From Gemmatimonadota bacterium (lineage in GTDB: Bacteria > Gemmatimonadota > Gemmatimonadetes > Palauibacterales > Palauibacteraceae): DNA of 64,000 nucleotides. The translations under genes and the position numbers were made by a program. Below, one piece after another: positions 39,019 to 48,466 of this stretch. Every line of letters begins with the position of its first letter. The stretch's first letter is position 1. The notes below the pieces were generated by a model. The model searched no databases. It was not told the DNA's origin and saw only the letters and a list, made by a program, of their open reading frames with translations. The DNA lies in NCBI GenBank assembly GCA_965116475.1, contig OZ220691.1, forward strand, positions 3,040,001-3,104,000. Reading direction: 5' to 3'.

Positions 39019-39056
39019 CGCCCGTCGATTCCTGTCTCGGTCGAACGAGAGGCATC

Positions 39057-39281
39057 ATGGAAAAGGTACAGATCAACGTCCGGGTGGATGCCGCCGTGAA
39101 GCACGCGGTGGAGGGATACTGCAGGCCGCGGGGCGTCGCGATGAATCACTTCGTGCAGGAAGCGCTGCTCGATCGCCTGGAAGAACTCGAGGACATCGAG
39201 GATCTGAAGAAGATCAGACACGAACCTACCCGCCCGTTGGCAGACGTGCTTCGGGAACTCGGCATCGATGGCTCGCTATGA
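39057..39281 (+). CDS. type II antitoxin, ribbon-helix-helix
   Basis: MEKVQINVRVD RHH strand pattern, acidic C-terminal half; overlaps the toxin start. Confidence 0.82.
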   Translation: MEKVQINVRVDAAVKHAVEGYCRPRGVAMNHFVQEALLDRLEELEDIEDLKKIRHEPTRPLADVLRELGIDGSL

Positions 39282-39528
39282 GATCGCGATCTCGCGAACG
39301 GCCGAAAAACAGCTTCGCAAGCTCCCCCGGGCGGATCGGGAGCGGGTGGCGCGCAAGATGTCGAGCCTGGCGCACGACCCGTACCCGCAGGGAACCAGGA
39401 AGCTCGCGGGCTACGGGGATGTCTTCCGCGTGCGCGTGGGACCCTGGCGAATTCTCTACAGCGTCGGCACGAGGACCCTGATCATCATCATCCTGAAGGT
39501 CGGGCACCGCGGCGACATCTACCGTTAG
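39268..39528 (+). CDS. type II toxin, RelE/ParE superfamily
   Basis: YEIAISRTAEKQLRKL, FRVRVGPWRILY, VGHRGDIYR. Confidence 0.92.
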   Translation: MARYEIAISRTAEKQLRKLPRADRERVARKMSSLAHDPYPQGTRKLAGYGDVFRVRVGPWRILYSVGTRTLIIIILKVGHRGDIYR

Positions 39529-39589
39529 GGACGGCTGTCGCCGGCGAGAGACCCGGCTTCCCGCGGCACTTCAGACAAGAGGATGTTCG

Positions 39590-40906
39590 ATGGCGAGAAC
39601 GGGAGCGGGACAGCCCGGGAGCGTGGACCAGTCGGACCGGGTCGTTCCCATCAACCTGCGGCAGAGCGGGCGGACGCCGGTCGAACTGCTCATCTCGACC
39701 CGGGTTCGGAAATCGCCGTACTGGCACCTGTCGCACGAGGCGGGCTGCTGGCGGGCCACGACCTACAATCGCGTCTACCACCCTCGCGGCTACGTGAGGC
39801 CCGAGGACGGCGGCGCGGCGGTGGAGCACGAAGCGCTCACCCACCGCGTGACGCTCTGGAACGTCGCGGTGGAGCGGCAGATCCGCGTCAGCGGACCCGA
39901 CGCGGAGGCCTTCACCGATTACGTGATCACCCGCGATGCGACCCGGATCGAGCCGATGCGCGCGCGGTACGTCATCCTCTGCAACGAGCGCGGCGGCATC
40001 CTCAACGACCCCGTGCTGCTGCGGCTCGCCGGGGACGAGTTCTGGTTCTCGCTCGCCGACTCGGACCTCCTGTTCTGGCTCCAGGGGGTGAACGTCGGGC
40101 TCGGGATGCGGGTGGAGATCGACGAGATCGATGTCTGCCCGCTGCAGATCCAGGGGCCGCGGTCGCTCGATCTCATGGTCGACCTCGCGGGCAAGGCCGT
40201 ACGGGACATCCCCTACTACGGGCTCATGGAGGCGGAGATCGCCGGCTGTTCCGTCGTGGTCTCGCAGACCGGATTCTCGGGGGAGAAGGGGTACGAAATC
40301 TACCTCCGGGACGCGACGCTGCACGCGGAGACGCTGTGGCGAGCCGTGCTCGAGGCCGGGGAGGCGCACGAACTGATGGTCACGGCCCCCGGGCACCAGC
40401 GCCGCATCCAGGCCGGGATCCTGTCGTGGGGACAGGACATCGACCACGAGACGAGTCCCTTTCAATGCAACCTCGCCTACCAGGTGCCGCGCGAGAAACC
40501 GGGCGACTACATCGGACGGGCCGCGCTGGAGCATCAGCGGGCCGAGATCGAGGCGGGACGTTCCCCGTTCGCTCTCGTGATGGTGGGGATGAGGCTGGGC
40601 GGACGGCCGATCGACGACTACGCCCCCGACTTCTGGCTCGTTTCGGCTGCGTCCGGCGGCGACCCGGTCGGCTACATCACGTCTCCGTGGCACGCCCCCG
40701 AGCTGGGGAGCAACATCGCGCTCGGATACGTCCCACCCGCCGACTCCGCCATCGGCACGGAACTCGCCGTGTGGCTGCCGGACGAGTACGCGAGCGAGCC
40801 GGGCAAGCCCGACGCCGCCCGCGTGTGCGAGGTCCCGTTCAGGCCCTCCGCGAACCCGAGCACGCGCGAGGTAGCCCTCGCCGAGGGTCGCGACGCCGCC
40901 AGGTAG
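39590..40906 (+). CDS. GcvT-family THF-dependent demethylase/aminomethyltransferase (DmdA-like)
   Basis: RVRKSPY, LWNVAVERQI, GILNDPVLLR, SQTGFSGEKGYEI, RRIQAG. Confidence 0.85.
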   Translation: MARTGAGQPGSVDQSDRVVPINLRQSGRTPVELLISTRVRKSPYWHLSHEAGCWRATTYNRVYHPRGYVRPEDGGAAVEHEALTHRVTLWNVAVERQIRVSGPDAEAFTDYVITRDATRIEPMRARYVILCNERGGILNDPVLLRLAGDEFWFSLADSDLLFWLQGVNVGLGMRVEIDEIDVCPLQIQGPRSLDLMVDLAGKAVRDIPYYGLMEAEIAGCSVVVSQTGFSGEKGYEIYLRDATLHAETLWRAVLEAGEAHELMVTAPGHQRRIQAGILSWGQDIDHETSPFQCNLAYQVPREKPGDYIGRAALEHQRAEIEAGRSPFALVMVGMRLGGRPIDDYAPDFWLVSAASGGDPVGYITSPWHAPELGSNIALGYVPPADSAIGTELAVWLPDEYASEPGKPDAARVCEVPFRPSANPSTREVALAEGRDAAR

Positions 40907-43435
40907 CTAGGATCTCATGCGGGCGCCGGCCGGGTCGAAGAGCGCCGCGCCGGCCGCCACGGTGACCGGGAACGGTTCGTTCATGTAGAGGACGTGGAGC
41001 CGCGTTCCGGGGGCGGCGAGTGCCGGCGGGAGGTACGCCATGAGGAGGTACTTCCCCACGGAGGGGCCCATCCCCGCCGACGTGACGCGGGACTCCCGCC
41101 CGCGGACGTCGACGATGCGCTCTCCGCCCGGCCCCAGCAGCGGTTCGTTGCCTCCGGTGGGGAAGCGGGCGAGGCCGGAGGCGTCGGCGTGGTCGTCCAC
41201 GGTGAGCGTGCGGAGCATCGCCGCGGGCCCCGCCTCCCGGGCCTTCAGGAAGGCGGCCCGGCCGATGAAATCGGCCCGCTTCACGCGTGGCCGCGCCAGG
41301 CCCGCCTCCACCGGCGAATACTCCGAGGTGAGTTCGGCCCCCATGAGGGCATAGCCCTTCTCCATGCGGCCCGTCGTGCCGTAGACGCCGGCGCCCACCG
41401 GCCGCAGGCGGAACGGCCGGCCCGCCTCCCGCACGGCATCCCACACGCGCGTCGCGAGCGCGGCCTCGACGTAGATCTCCCACCCGCTCTCTCCGACATA
41501 CGAGATCCGGCACATCGTGGCGGGGACCCCGTCCAGCGCGACGTCGCGCACGGAGGCGTACGGGAACGCGGCCTGCGAGAGATCCGCTCCGGCGATCCTC
41601 CCCAGGAGCGCTTCGGCCCGGGGGCCCCAGACGCCGAGCGCGCAGATCTCCGCCGACCGATCCTCGAAGCGGACGGAGCCCTCGTCCGGCAGATGCTTGC
41701 GGAACCAGGCCGCGTCCCGCGCCCCGTCGAAGGCGCCGGTCACGACGCGGAAACGATCCGCCCCCAACCGCTGGATCGTGAGGTCGGCCCTGAACCCGCC
41801 GTCCGGCGTCAGCAGCGGGGTGTAGATGGAGGTCCCGGGCGGGCGGTCGCACGCGTTGGCCGCCACTCCCTCCAGGCAGGCGAGCGCCCCGGGGCCCGTC
41901 ACGTCGAAGATCTGAAACGCGCCCAGGTCGACGACGCCGGCCTTCTCGCGCAGGTGCAGGTGCTCCGCCTCGATGATGGGAGACCACCAGCGGCGGTCCC
42001 ATTCGTGCGGCCGGTCGGTGACGCCGTAGCGCTCGACGAGCTCGGCGTTCGACTCGTACCACTGCGGACGTTCCCAGCCGCGCGCCTCGTAGTAGACGGC
42101 TCCGAGGGCCTCGGTGCGGGCGTGGAGGGCGGAGCGGTGCGCACCGCGGCATGATGCCCACTGCTCGCGCGGGTGTACGATCCCGTACGTTTTGTTGAAG
42201 TGCTCCCGGGCGCGTGCCCGCACATGCCGGCGCGTCCGTTCGTGCGGCTGGAAGCGGGTGACGTCCGATTCGTGAGGATCGCACAGGCGGGGATGGCCGT
42301 GCGTGATCCACTCCGCGAGGAGGCGTGCCGCCCCGGGACCCTCCTTGATCCACACGGCCGCCGCCGACCACAGGTTGGCCACCTCGGCCGTCTCTCCCAG
42401 TACCGGGTGCGCGTCGGGCGTAAGCGAGAGGAGGCCGTTGATCGCGTATCCGATCTCGGCGCCCTCGAGCAGTCCGCCCATGATCTCCCGCGCCTGCGCG
42501 AGCTGGGGCGCGAAGTCATCCCCGGTGAACGGCAGCTCCGTGGGAGAGCGCTCGGATGCCTCGCGCGCAGGGATGTCCTCCGGGTGCACGAGGATGGGGC
42601 GGTGCGCGTAGGAGCCGACCTCCATCGCACCGTACTTCTGGCGTTCGTACATGAAGGCGTCCATGTCGCGCACGATGGGGTGGGCGATCTCGTTGCCGGT
42701 GGCGAGCAGGGCGTCGACCGGGCCGAGATCGGCCATCTGGTGCACGGCCGGCGTGAGCGGAATCGAGGCGCCGGCCAGTTCCGCGATGCGGGGGCTCCAC
42801 ACGCCGCACGCGATGACCGCGTGCTCGACCTCGATCCGGCCCCGCGCGGTGAGGATGGCCCGCAGACGGGGGCGCCCGAAGGGCCGGCGGTCGACCTCCA
42901 GCCCCGTCACCTCGGTATCGTCCAGGATCGTGAGCGCTCCCCGGGCCAGGGCCCGCTCGCGCATCAGCGTGCCGGCCCGCACGGCGTCAACCACGGACAC
43001 GGACGACATCCAGAAGCCGCCCAGGATGACGTCGGGGTTCACGAACGGAATCCGCCTGGCCACCTCCGCCGGCGTGAGGAGTTCGGCGTCGATGCCCCAC
43101 GCGCGGACCGAGGTCATGCGCCGCCTCAGTTCCTCCATGCGGGCCTCCGTGCGCGCGACCTCGACGCCGCCGCACGTCGTCTGGACGCCGAGCGCCTCGT
43201 ACTGCCGCTGGCTCTCCAGCGTCAGCATCGCGACCTCGCGGCTGTGGTCCGTGGGGAAGATGAAGTTCGACGCGTGCCCGGTGGAGCCGCCGGGGTCGGG
43301 CAGCGGGCCCTTGTCGATGAGGACGAGATCGTCCCAGCCCCGCTGTGCGAGGTGCTCGACGAGGCAGCTGCCGACGATGCCGGCCCCGATGACGGCGATG
43401 CTCGCCGCGGCCGGCTGTGGCGCGCGTTCGCTCAC
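40907..43435 (-). CDS. FAD-dependent oxidoreductase with GcvT domain (dimethylglycine/sarcosine oxidase-dehydrogenase family)
   Basis: IGAGIVG, GGSTGHA, TPDAHP, GWERPQW, RISYVGESGWEI, RMEKGY. Confidence 0.92.
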   Translation of the reverse strand: MSERAPQPAAASIAVIGAGIVGSCLVEHLAQRGWDDLVLIDKGPLPDPGGSTGHASNFIFPTDHSREVAMLTLESQRQYEALGVQTTCGGVEVARTEARMEELRRRMTSVRAWGIDAELLTPAEVARRIPFVNPDVILGGFWMSSVSVVDAVRAGTLMRERALARGALTILDDTEVTGLEVDRRPFGRPRLRAILTARGRIEVEHAVIACGVWSPRIAELAGASIPLTPAVHQMADLGPVDALLATGNEIAHPIVRDMDAFMYERQKYGAMEVGSYAHRPILVHPEDIPAREASERSPTELPFTGDDFAPQLAQAREIMGGLLEGAEIGYAINGLLSLTPDAHPVLGETAEVANLWSAAAVWIKEGPGAARLLAEWITHGHPRLCDPHESDVTRFQPHERTRRHVRARAREHFNKTYGIVHPREQWASCRGAHRSALHARTEALGAVYYEARGWERPQWYESNAELVERYGVTDRPHEWDRRWWSPIIEAEHLHLREKAGVVDLGAFQIFDVTGPGALACLEGVAANACDRPPGTSIYTPLLTPDGGFRADLTIQRLGADRFRVVTGAFDGARDAAWFRKHLPDEGSVRFEDRSAEICALGVWGPRAEALLGRIAGADLSQAAFPYASVRDVALDGVPATMCRISYVGESGWEIYVEAALATRVWDAVREAGRPFRLRPVGAGVYGTTGRMEKGYALMGAELTSEYSPVEAGLARPRVKRADFIGRAAFLKAREAGPAAMLRTLTVDDHADASGLARFPTGGNEPLLGPGGERIVDVRGRESRVTSAGMGPSVGKYLLMAYLPPALAAPGTRLHVLYMNEPFPVTVAAGAALFDPAGARMRS

Positions 43436-43476
43436 GGCGCGAAGTGCGTGCGGCTGTGAAGCCTCATGCGCGGCGC

Positions 43477-43508
43477 GGCGGCGGGCCCCCCGTCCATGGC
43501 CCGCCGCC
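43477..43508. terminator. 11-bp perfect hairpin downstream of the BNR gene (no U tract)
   Basis: GGCGGCGGGCC-10 nt loop-GGCCCGCCGCC. Confidence 0.35.
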
Positions 43509-43523
43509 CCGCACCTTCCGCCG

Positions 43524-46500
43524 TCAGCGGCGCGGGGGGATGCGGATCGGGTCGCCCAGATCCGGCATCACGCCCAGGTCGCCCAGCAGCGCCTCGAGCG
43601 CCGGCATGCGACCGGCCAGCAGCGCGTTGATGCGCTCCGCGACCGGCGGCAGCGCCTCCCAGGCCCGGTCGATCCGGTACACCTGGTCCGCCGTCGGTTC
43701 GCCGGACCAGCCCTCCATCTGCCCGATGCCGGCGCCTCCGGCGACGTCCCCGAGGTCATCGCCGATCTCCTCGAGTTCGTCGGAGATCTCCTCCGCCACG
43801 GCCTCGATCCGCTCGCGGTCGGCATCTCCCATCCCGGCGTCGTCCACGAGCGCCCGGATCTCGGCCAGCCGGTCGTTCATGGCGCCGATTCTCTGGCGCG
43901 CATCGCGCGCCGGACCCGCCAGCGCATGAGCCCGCAGCATCGCATCCTGCCGTGCCACGAGCGCCGCCCGACTCGCCTCGCGGCGCGGATCGAGCCGCAC
44001 GCCGACGTCCGTCGTCTGGCTCTCGCCTCCGACCGTGAGGCGCACCGTGTAGGTGCCGGGCAGCACGCGCGGCCCCGCGCCCGGCGGCGGTCCACGCGAG
44101 AAGCCTCCACCGCCCCCCTCCACGTCGAAGGCCGGATCGACCCGGAAGTCCCACAGCACTTCGTTCACGCCCGCCTCGCCACCCACCTCCATGGTGCGCA
44201 GCACCTCATTCCCATCGAGGACCTCGAGGCTCGCCCCGCCCGCGTCCACGCCCTCCCCCACGTAGTAGCGCAGGGGGATGCCCGCGGGCGGATTGGGAGC
44301 GATGAACGTCGCCGGCTGGAAGGGCCAGTCCATCCCCATCGACCACATCGTGCCGCGCCGCGCGCCGAACAGCCGAAAGTCGGAAGCGAGCACGTCCGCG
44401 GACATCTCCTCCAGCGGCGTGATGTCGTCCAGGATCCAGATGCTGCGCCCGTGCGTCCCCACGACGAGGTCGTTCTCGCGCGGGTGGATCGCGATGTCGT
44501 CCACCGCGACCACGGGGAGGTTGTTCGCCATCCGCGCCCACGATTCGCCGCGGTCGATCGACATGTAGATGCCGATCTCGTTCCCGACGAATAGGAGGTC
44601 GGGGTTCCGCGGGTGCTCCCGGATCACGTTCACCGACCAGCCGTCCGGGAGGCCGGCCGTGATCTGCCGCCAACTCGCGCCGTGATCCTCGCTCACGTAG
44701 GCGTACGGCGCGTAGTCGTCGTTCCGGTGGCCGTCGAACGTCACGTACACGCGGCCGTCGACCGCAGTCGACGTCTCGAGACGGCTGACGTACGTGCGCG
44801 GCGGCACGCCGGGGACCCCGTCAATGACGTTCGTCCAGGTCGCGCCGCCATCGAGCGTCACCTGCAGATTGCCGTCATCCGTCCCCACGTAGAGGGCGTC
44901 CGCGGCGTGCTTCGACTCGGCGAAGGCGGTGATGTTGCCGTAGGAGGCGATCCCGTCGTTGTCCGAGAGCGTCTCGTCCGTCACCACCCGGCCCATGATC
45001 TCCAGCGTGTCCCGGTCGATCTGCTTCGTGAGGTCCGGGCTCGCCTCCTCCCAGTTCAACCCCCGGTCCCTCGACCGGAACAGGTGGTTCCCGCCCAGGT
45101 AAATCGTCGCCCGGTCGTGGCGGGAGATCGCGAACGGCGAATCCCAGTTGAAGCGGTAGCGGCGCGGCTCCTCGTCCTCCGCCTCGGCTCCGGTCGGGCG
45201 CGGCACGGGCCGGATCGACTGCCCCTCCCGCGTGGCCACGTCGATGCGCGCCATGTTCCCGCCCTGCGACTCCGAGAACATGATGTTCGGGTCCTCGGGG
45301 TCGGAGTGGTTGTGGAACCCATCGCCGAACCACATGTGCGTCCACTCGCGGTTGCGGACGCCCCACGTGGACTGCGTCCGGTGCGGTGCGCACCAGTTCC
45401 CGTTGTCCTGCAGCCCGCCGCACACGTTGTACGGGTCGCTCATGTCGACGTCGATCTCGTAGAACTGGCCGATCGCCATGTTCCGGATCGACCGCCAGCT
45501 GACGGACCCGTCGCGCGAGAAGGCGAGCCCGCCGTCGTTCCCGTTGATGAGGTGGTTCGAGTTGTCGGGGTTGATCCACAACGCGTGGTGGTCGGAGTGG
45601 ATCTGGTCCGTCGCGTTCCCCGGCCACCAGGTGCGCCCCCCGTCGTCCGAGGCCGATGACTGGACGCCGCCCAGGTAGATCCGCTCCGGATTGTTGGGGT
45701 CGATCCGGATGAGGGAGAAGTACATGGGACGAGGGTTGCGGTCGCTCATGAACTCCCACGTCTCCCCGCGATCCGTGGAGCGGTACACGCCCTGGCCCTC
45801 GTGCGCCTCGACGATCGCGTACACGAGGTTGCCGTCGCGCCGGTAGATGTCGAGCCCGATGCGGCCGAGTTCGCCCTCCGGCAGCCCCTCCTCGAGCCGC
45901 GTCCAGTTCTCCCCGCCGTCCGTCGTGCGCCACAGGCCCGACCCGCCGCCGCCGGCCGCGAACCCGAATCCCGTGCGCTGCCGCTGGTACATGGCCGCGA
46001 AGAGCGTGTTCGGATCGTTGTGATCCATGACGAGGTCGATGATCCCGGTGTGTTCGTCGAGGTAGAGGATGTTCTCCCACGTCGCCCCGCCATCGGTCGT
46101 CTTGAAGAGCCCGCGCTCCTCGTTCGGTCCCCACAGGTGGCCGACGGCCCCCACGTATACGACATCGGGGTCCCGCGGATCGATCTTGATGCGGCTGATG
46201 TGGCGCGTGTCCTCGAGCCCCACGTGCGTCCACGTCCCGCCCGCGTCCGTCGACTTGAACACGCCGACGCCCCACGGCGAACTCTGCCGGTTCGCCGGCT
46301 CGCCCGTTCCCACCCACACGTGGTTGGGATTGGAAGGCGCCACGCTCACGGCGCCGACCGAGGAGGTGGGCTGGTCGTCGAACACGGGGTCCCACGTCAT
46401 GCCGTCGTTCGTCGTCTTCCACACCCCTCCCGCGCCGAGGCCGACGTAGAAGATGCGCGGGTCGCTCTCCACGACCGCGAGATCCGCCACGCGCCCGCCC

Positions 46501-46670
46501 ATGATCGCGGGGCCCAGTTCGCGGAACTCGAGTCCGGAGGCCGCCTCGGCGGCCCGCTCCGAGGCGGACTGTCCCTGCGCCGGGCCGGGGAGCGCCGCCG
46601 CGAGGACAAGCGGAATAAGGGAAGACACGAGATTGCGGGAGAATCGCTGGAACTTCGACTGGGACGCCAT
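43524..46670 (-). CDS. secreted BNR/Asp-box (VPS10/sortilin-like) beta-propeller protein, putative glycosyl hydrolase
   Basis: Signal peptide; FRELGPAIMGGRV; many S/T-x-D-x-G-x-T-W boxes; GGLQDNG; VGTHGRS; ATG at 46670 after GGAGG. Confidence 0.88.
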   Translation of the reverse strand: MASQSKFQRFSRNLVSSLIPLVLAAALPGPAQGQSASERAAEAASGLEFRELGPAIMGGRVADLAVVESDPRIFYVGLGAGGVWKTTNDGMTWDPVFDDQPTSSVGAVSVAPSNPNHVWVGTGEPANRQSSPWGVGVFKSTDAGGTWTHVGLEDTRHISRIKIDPRDPDVVYVGAVGHLWGPNEERGLFKTTDGGATWENILYLDEHTGIIDLVMDHNDPNTLFAAMYQRQRTGFGFAAGGGGSGLWRTTDGGENWTRLEEGLPEGELGRIGLDIYRRDGNLVYAIVEAHEGQGVYRSTDRGETWEFMSDRNPRPMYFSLIRIDPNNPERIYLGGVQSSASDDGGRTWWPGNATDQIHSDHHALWINPDNSNHLINGNDGGLAFSRDGSVSWRSIRNMAIGQFYEIDVDMSDPYNVCGGLQDNGNWCAPHRTQSTWGVRNREWTHMWFGDGFHNHSDPEDPNIMFSESQGGNMARIDVATREGQSIRPVPRPTGAEAEDEEPRRYRFNWDSPFAISRHDRATIYLGGNHLFRSRDRGLNWEEASPDLTKQIDRDTLEIMGRVVTDETLSDNDGIASYGNITAFAESKHAADALYVGTDDGNLQVTLDGGATWTNVIDGVPGVPPRTYVSRLETSTAVDGRVYVTFDGHRNDDYAPYAYVSEDHGASWRQITAGLPDGWSVNVIREHPRNPDLLFVGNEIGIYMSIDRGESWARMANNLPVVAVDDIAIHPRENDLVVGTHGRSIWILDDITPLEEMSADVLASDFRLFGARRGTMWSMGMDWPFQPATFIAPNPPAGIPLRYYVGEGVDAGGASLEVLDGNEVLRTMEVGGEAGVNEVLWDFRVDPAFDVEGGGGGFSRGPPPGAGPRVLPGTYTVRLTVGGESQTTDVGVRLDPRREASRAALVARQDAMLRAHALAGPARDARQRIGAMNDRLAEIRALVDDAGMGDADRERIEAVAEEISDELEEIGDDLGDVAGGAGIGQMEGWSGEPTADQVYRIDRAWEALPPVAERINALLAGRMPALEALLGDLGVMPDLGDPIRIPPRR

Positions 46671-46815
46671 CGGAACCTCCGGAGTGACGGCGAAAAACCG
46701 CGTAAAACAGGACATCCGAACAGTGATTCCCGCGAAGCCTGCCGCGCAAGGCAACGGCACGCTGCCGCGACGCCCCCACTTGTCTCGCGATGAGGGGGCG
46801 GCTTACTTGCCCGGC

Positions 46816-48120
46816 ATGCGCTTCGGGACCACACGAGAGCTGTCGGGATGGCAGGGCCGGGAGCGGCTTCGCCGCGCGCTTGCCGTCGCCTCCCTTGCGG
46901 CCCTCGTCGCCGCGCCCCTCTTCGCGGCGGCCCCATCCGCCCCGGTCGCCGATCCGGACTCCGTTCTGCGCATCACGTTCCTCGATGTGGGGCAGGCGGA
47001 TGCCGTCCTCATCCAGGCGCCGGGCGGCCGGACGGCGCTCGTGGACGCGGGGCGCGACGACATCGTCCGGTTGCTGCGGCAGTTCGGCGTGAGCGAAATC
47101 GATCTGCTCGTCGCGACGCACCCCCACGCGGATCACATCGGAGGCATGGCCGGCGTCATCGCGGCGTTCCCGGTGCGTTTCTACATGGACAACGGGGAGC
47201 CGCACACGACGCAGACCTACCGGCGGCTGCTCGCCGCTCTCGACGCGCGGCCGGAGATCACCTACCTGGAGGCCTCGCCCCGGACGCTCACGCTCGGCGA
47301 GGTCGAGATCGATGTCCTGCCGCTGCTCCCGCGGGGGACCACGGACCACAACGACCGCTCGGTCAGCCTGCTCGTGCGGTTCGGGGAGTTCCGCGCCTTC
47401 CTGAGCGGCGATTCGGAGGTGCGGCAACTGACGCACCTGGTGAACCGGGAGGCCGTCCCCGAGGTGGCGCTGCTCAAGGCGCCCCACCACGGGAGTGACA
47501 ACGGCTTCACCTGGGAGTTTCTGAACGCCGCCAGACCACGGGTCGTCGTCATCTCGGTGGGCCGCAACAGCTACGGCCATCCGCGGCCGGCGGCCCTCCG
47601 CGCCTACGAGGCGTCGGGGGCCACCGTGTTCCGGACGGATTGGCACGGCCACGTCTCCGTGCAAGGGCGCGAGACCGGCGACTACGACGTCTCGTTCGGC
47701 GGGGAGGTCGCGTTGCGGGGGACCGGAGACGAGCCGCGCGACGCGCCAGTGGCGGCTCCCGGGCCGACCGCCCTCCCCGCCACGCCGGGTGACACACGGC
47801 TCCAACTCTGGGTGCACGCCGACGCGCCGGGCAACGATCACGGGAATCCGAACGGCGAGTACGCCGTGATCCGGAACCTGGAATCCAACGACCGTCCGAT
47901 CGGCGGTTGGTCGCTGTGTGACCGGGCGAACCACTGCTTCCGGTTCCCGGCGGGCGCCGTCCTTGCGGCCGACGGACAACTCGTCGTCCATAGCGGTGCC
48001 GGACGTGCCGACGGCACCCGCTACTACATGGGTCGGCGGCAGGCCGTGTGGAACAACAACGGCGACACCGCGACCCTCTACGACGAAGCCGGGGGCGTCG
48101 TCATCGTGTTCGACTATTGA
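46816..48120 (+). CDS. exported ComEC/Rec2-type metallo-beta-lactamase-fold hydrolase with C-terminal lamin-tail domain
   Basis: FLDVGQADA, THPHADHIGG, KAPHHGS, NSYGHP; LTD motifs EYAVIRN, GGWSLCD, VWNNNGD. Confidence 0.88.
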   Translation: MRFGTTRELSGWQGRERLRRALAVASLAALVAAPLFAAAPSAPVADPDSVLRITFLDVGQADAVLIQAPGGRTALVDAGRDDIVRLLRQFGVSEIDLLVATHPHADHIGGMAGVIAAFPVRFYMDNGEPHTTQTYRRLLAALDARPEITYLEASPRTLTLGEVEIDVLPLLPRGTTDHNDRSVSLLVRFGEFRAFLSGDSEVRQLTHLVNREAVPEVALLKAPHHGSDNGFTWEFLNAARPRVVVISVGRNSYGHPRPAALRAYEASGATVFRTDWHGHVSVQGRETGDYDVSFGGEVALRGTGDEPRDAPVAAPGPTALPATPGDTRLQLWVHADAPGNDHGNPNGEYAVIRNLESNDRPIGGWSLCDRANHCFRFPAGAVLAADGQLVVHSGAGRADGTRYYMGRRQAVWNNNGDTATLYDEAGGVVIVFDY

Positions 48121-48410
48121 GCCCGCAAGAACACGTCTGGGTCGTCGACCGCGTGGAGGGGTCGGTCGCCGTTCTCATCCGCGATGGGGATGAGCGCACC
48201 GGGGATGAGCGCACCGAGGAGGTGCCCATCGCGACGCTTGCCCCCGGGAGCCGCGCAGGTGTGGTCCTGCGGGTACCGGAGAAGGACGGACGGCCGGACT
48301 GGGCTGCGGCCGTGCCGGACGAGGAAGCTCGCCGCGCCCGCCTGAGCGAGGCGGAAGACGTGCTCCGGCGCCTGAGACGGCGGGATCCCGGCGGCGACGT
48401 CACGTTGTAG
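48117..48410 (+). CDS. DUF3006-like small protein
   Basis: VVDRVEGSVAVL, GVVLRV, helical C-terminal tail; TTG start overlapping the upstream TGA. Confidence 0.75.
   Translation: MSPQEHVWVVDRVEGSVAVLIRDGDERTGDERTEEVPIATLAPGSRAGVVLRVPEKDGRPDWAAAVPDEEARRARLSEAEDVLRRLRRRDPGGDVTL
48186..48215 (+). repeat. perfect 15-bp tandem duplication (GDERT x2)
   Basis: GGGGATGAGCGCACC twice, in frame. Confidence 0.9.
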
Positions 48411-48445
48411 CCGACGCAGACAGCCGCCTTTCTCGTGCCCGGTCG

Positions 48446-48466
48446 ATGTCGTACAATGTATGACAT
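48446..48466 (+). promoter_or_regulatory. TA operator palindrome overlapping the -10 box and start codon
   Basis: ATGTCGTACA-A-TGTATGACAT (1 mismatch); TACAAT at 48452-48457. Confidence 0.7.

Noticed and set aside
44875..47991. 1038-aa minus-strand ORF
   Set aside because: Arg/Gly/Pro-rich off-frame translation overlapping the BNR gene and the ComEC-like gene.
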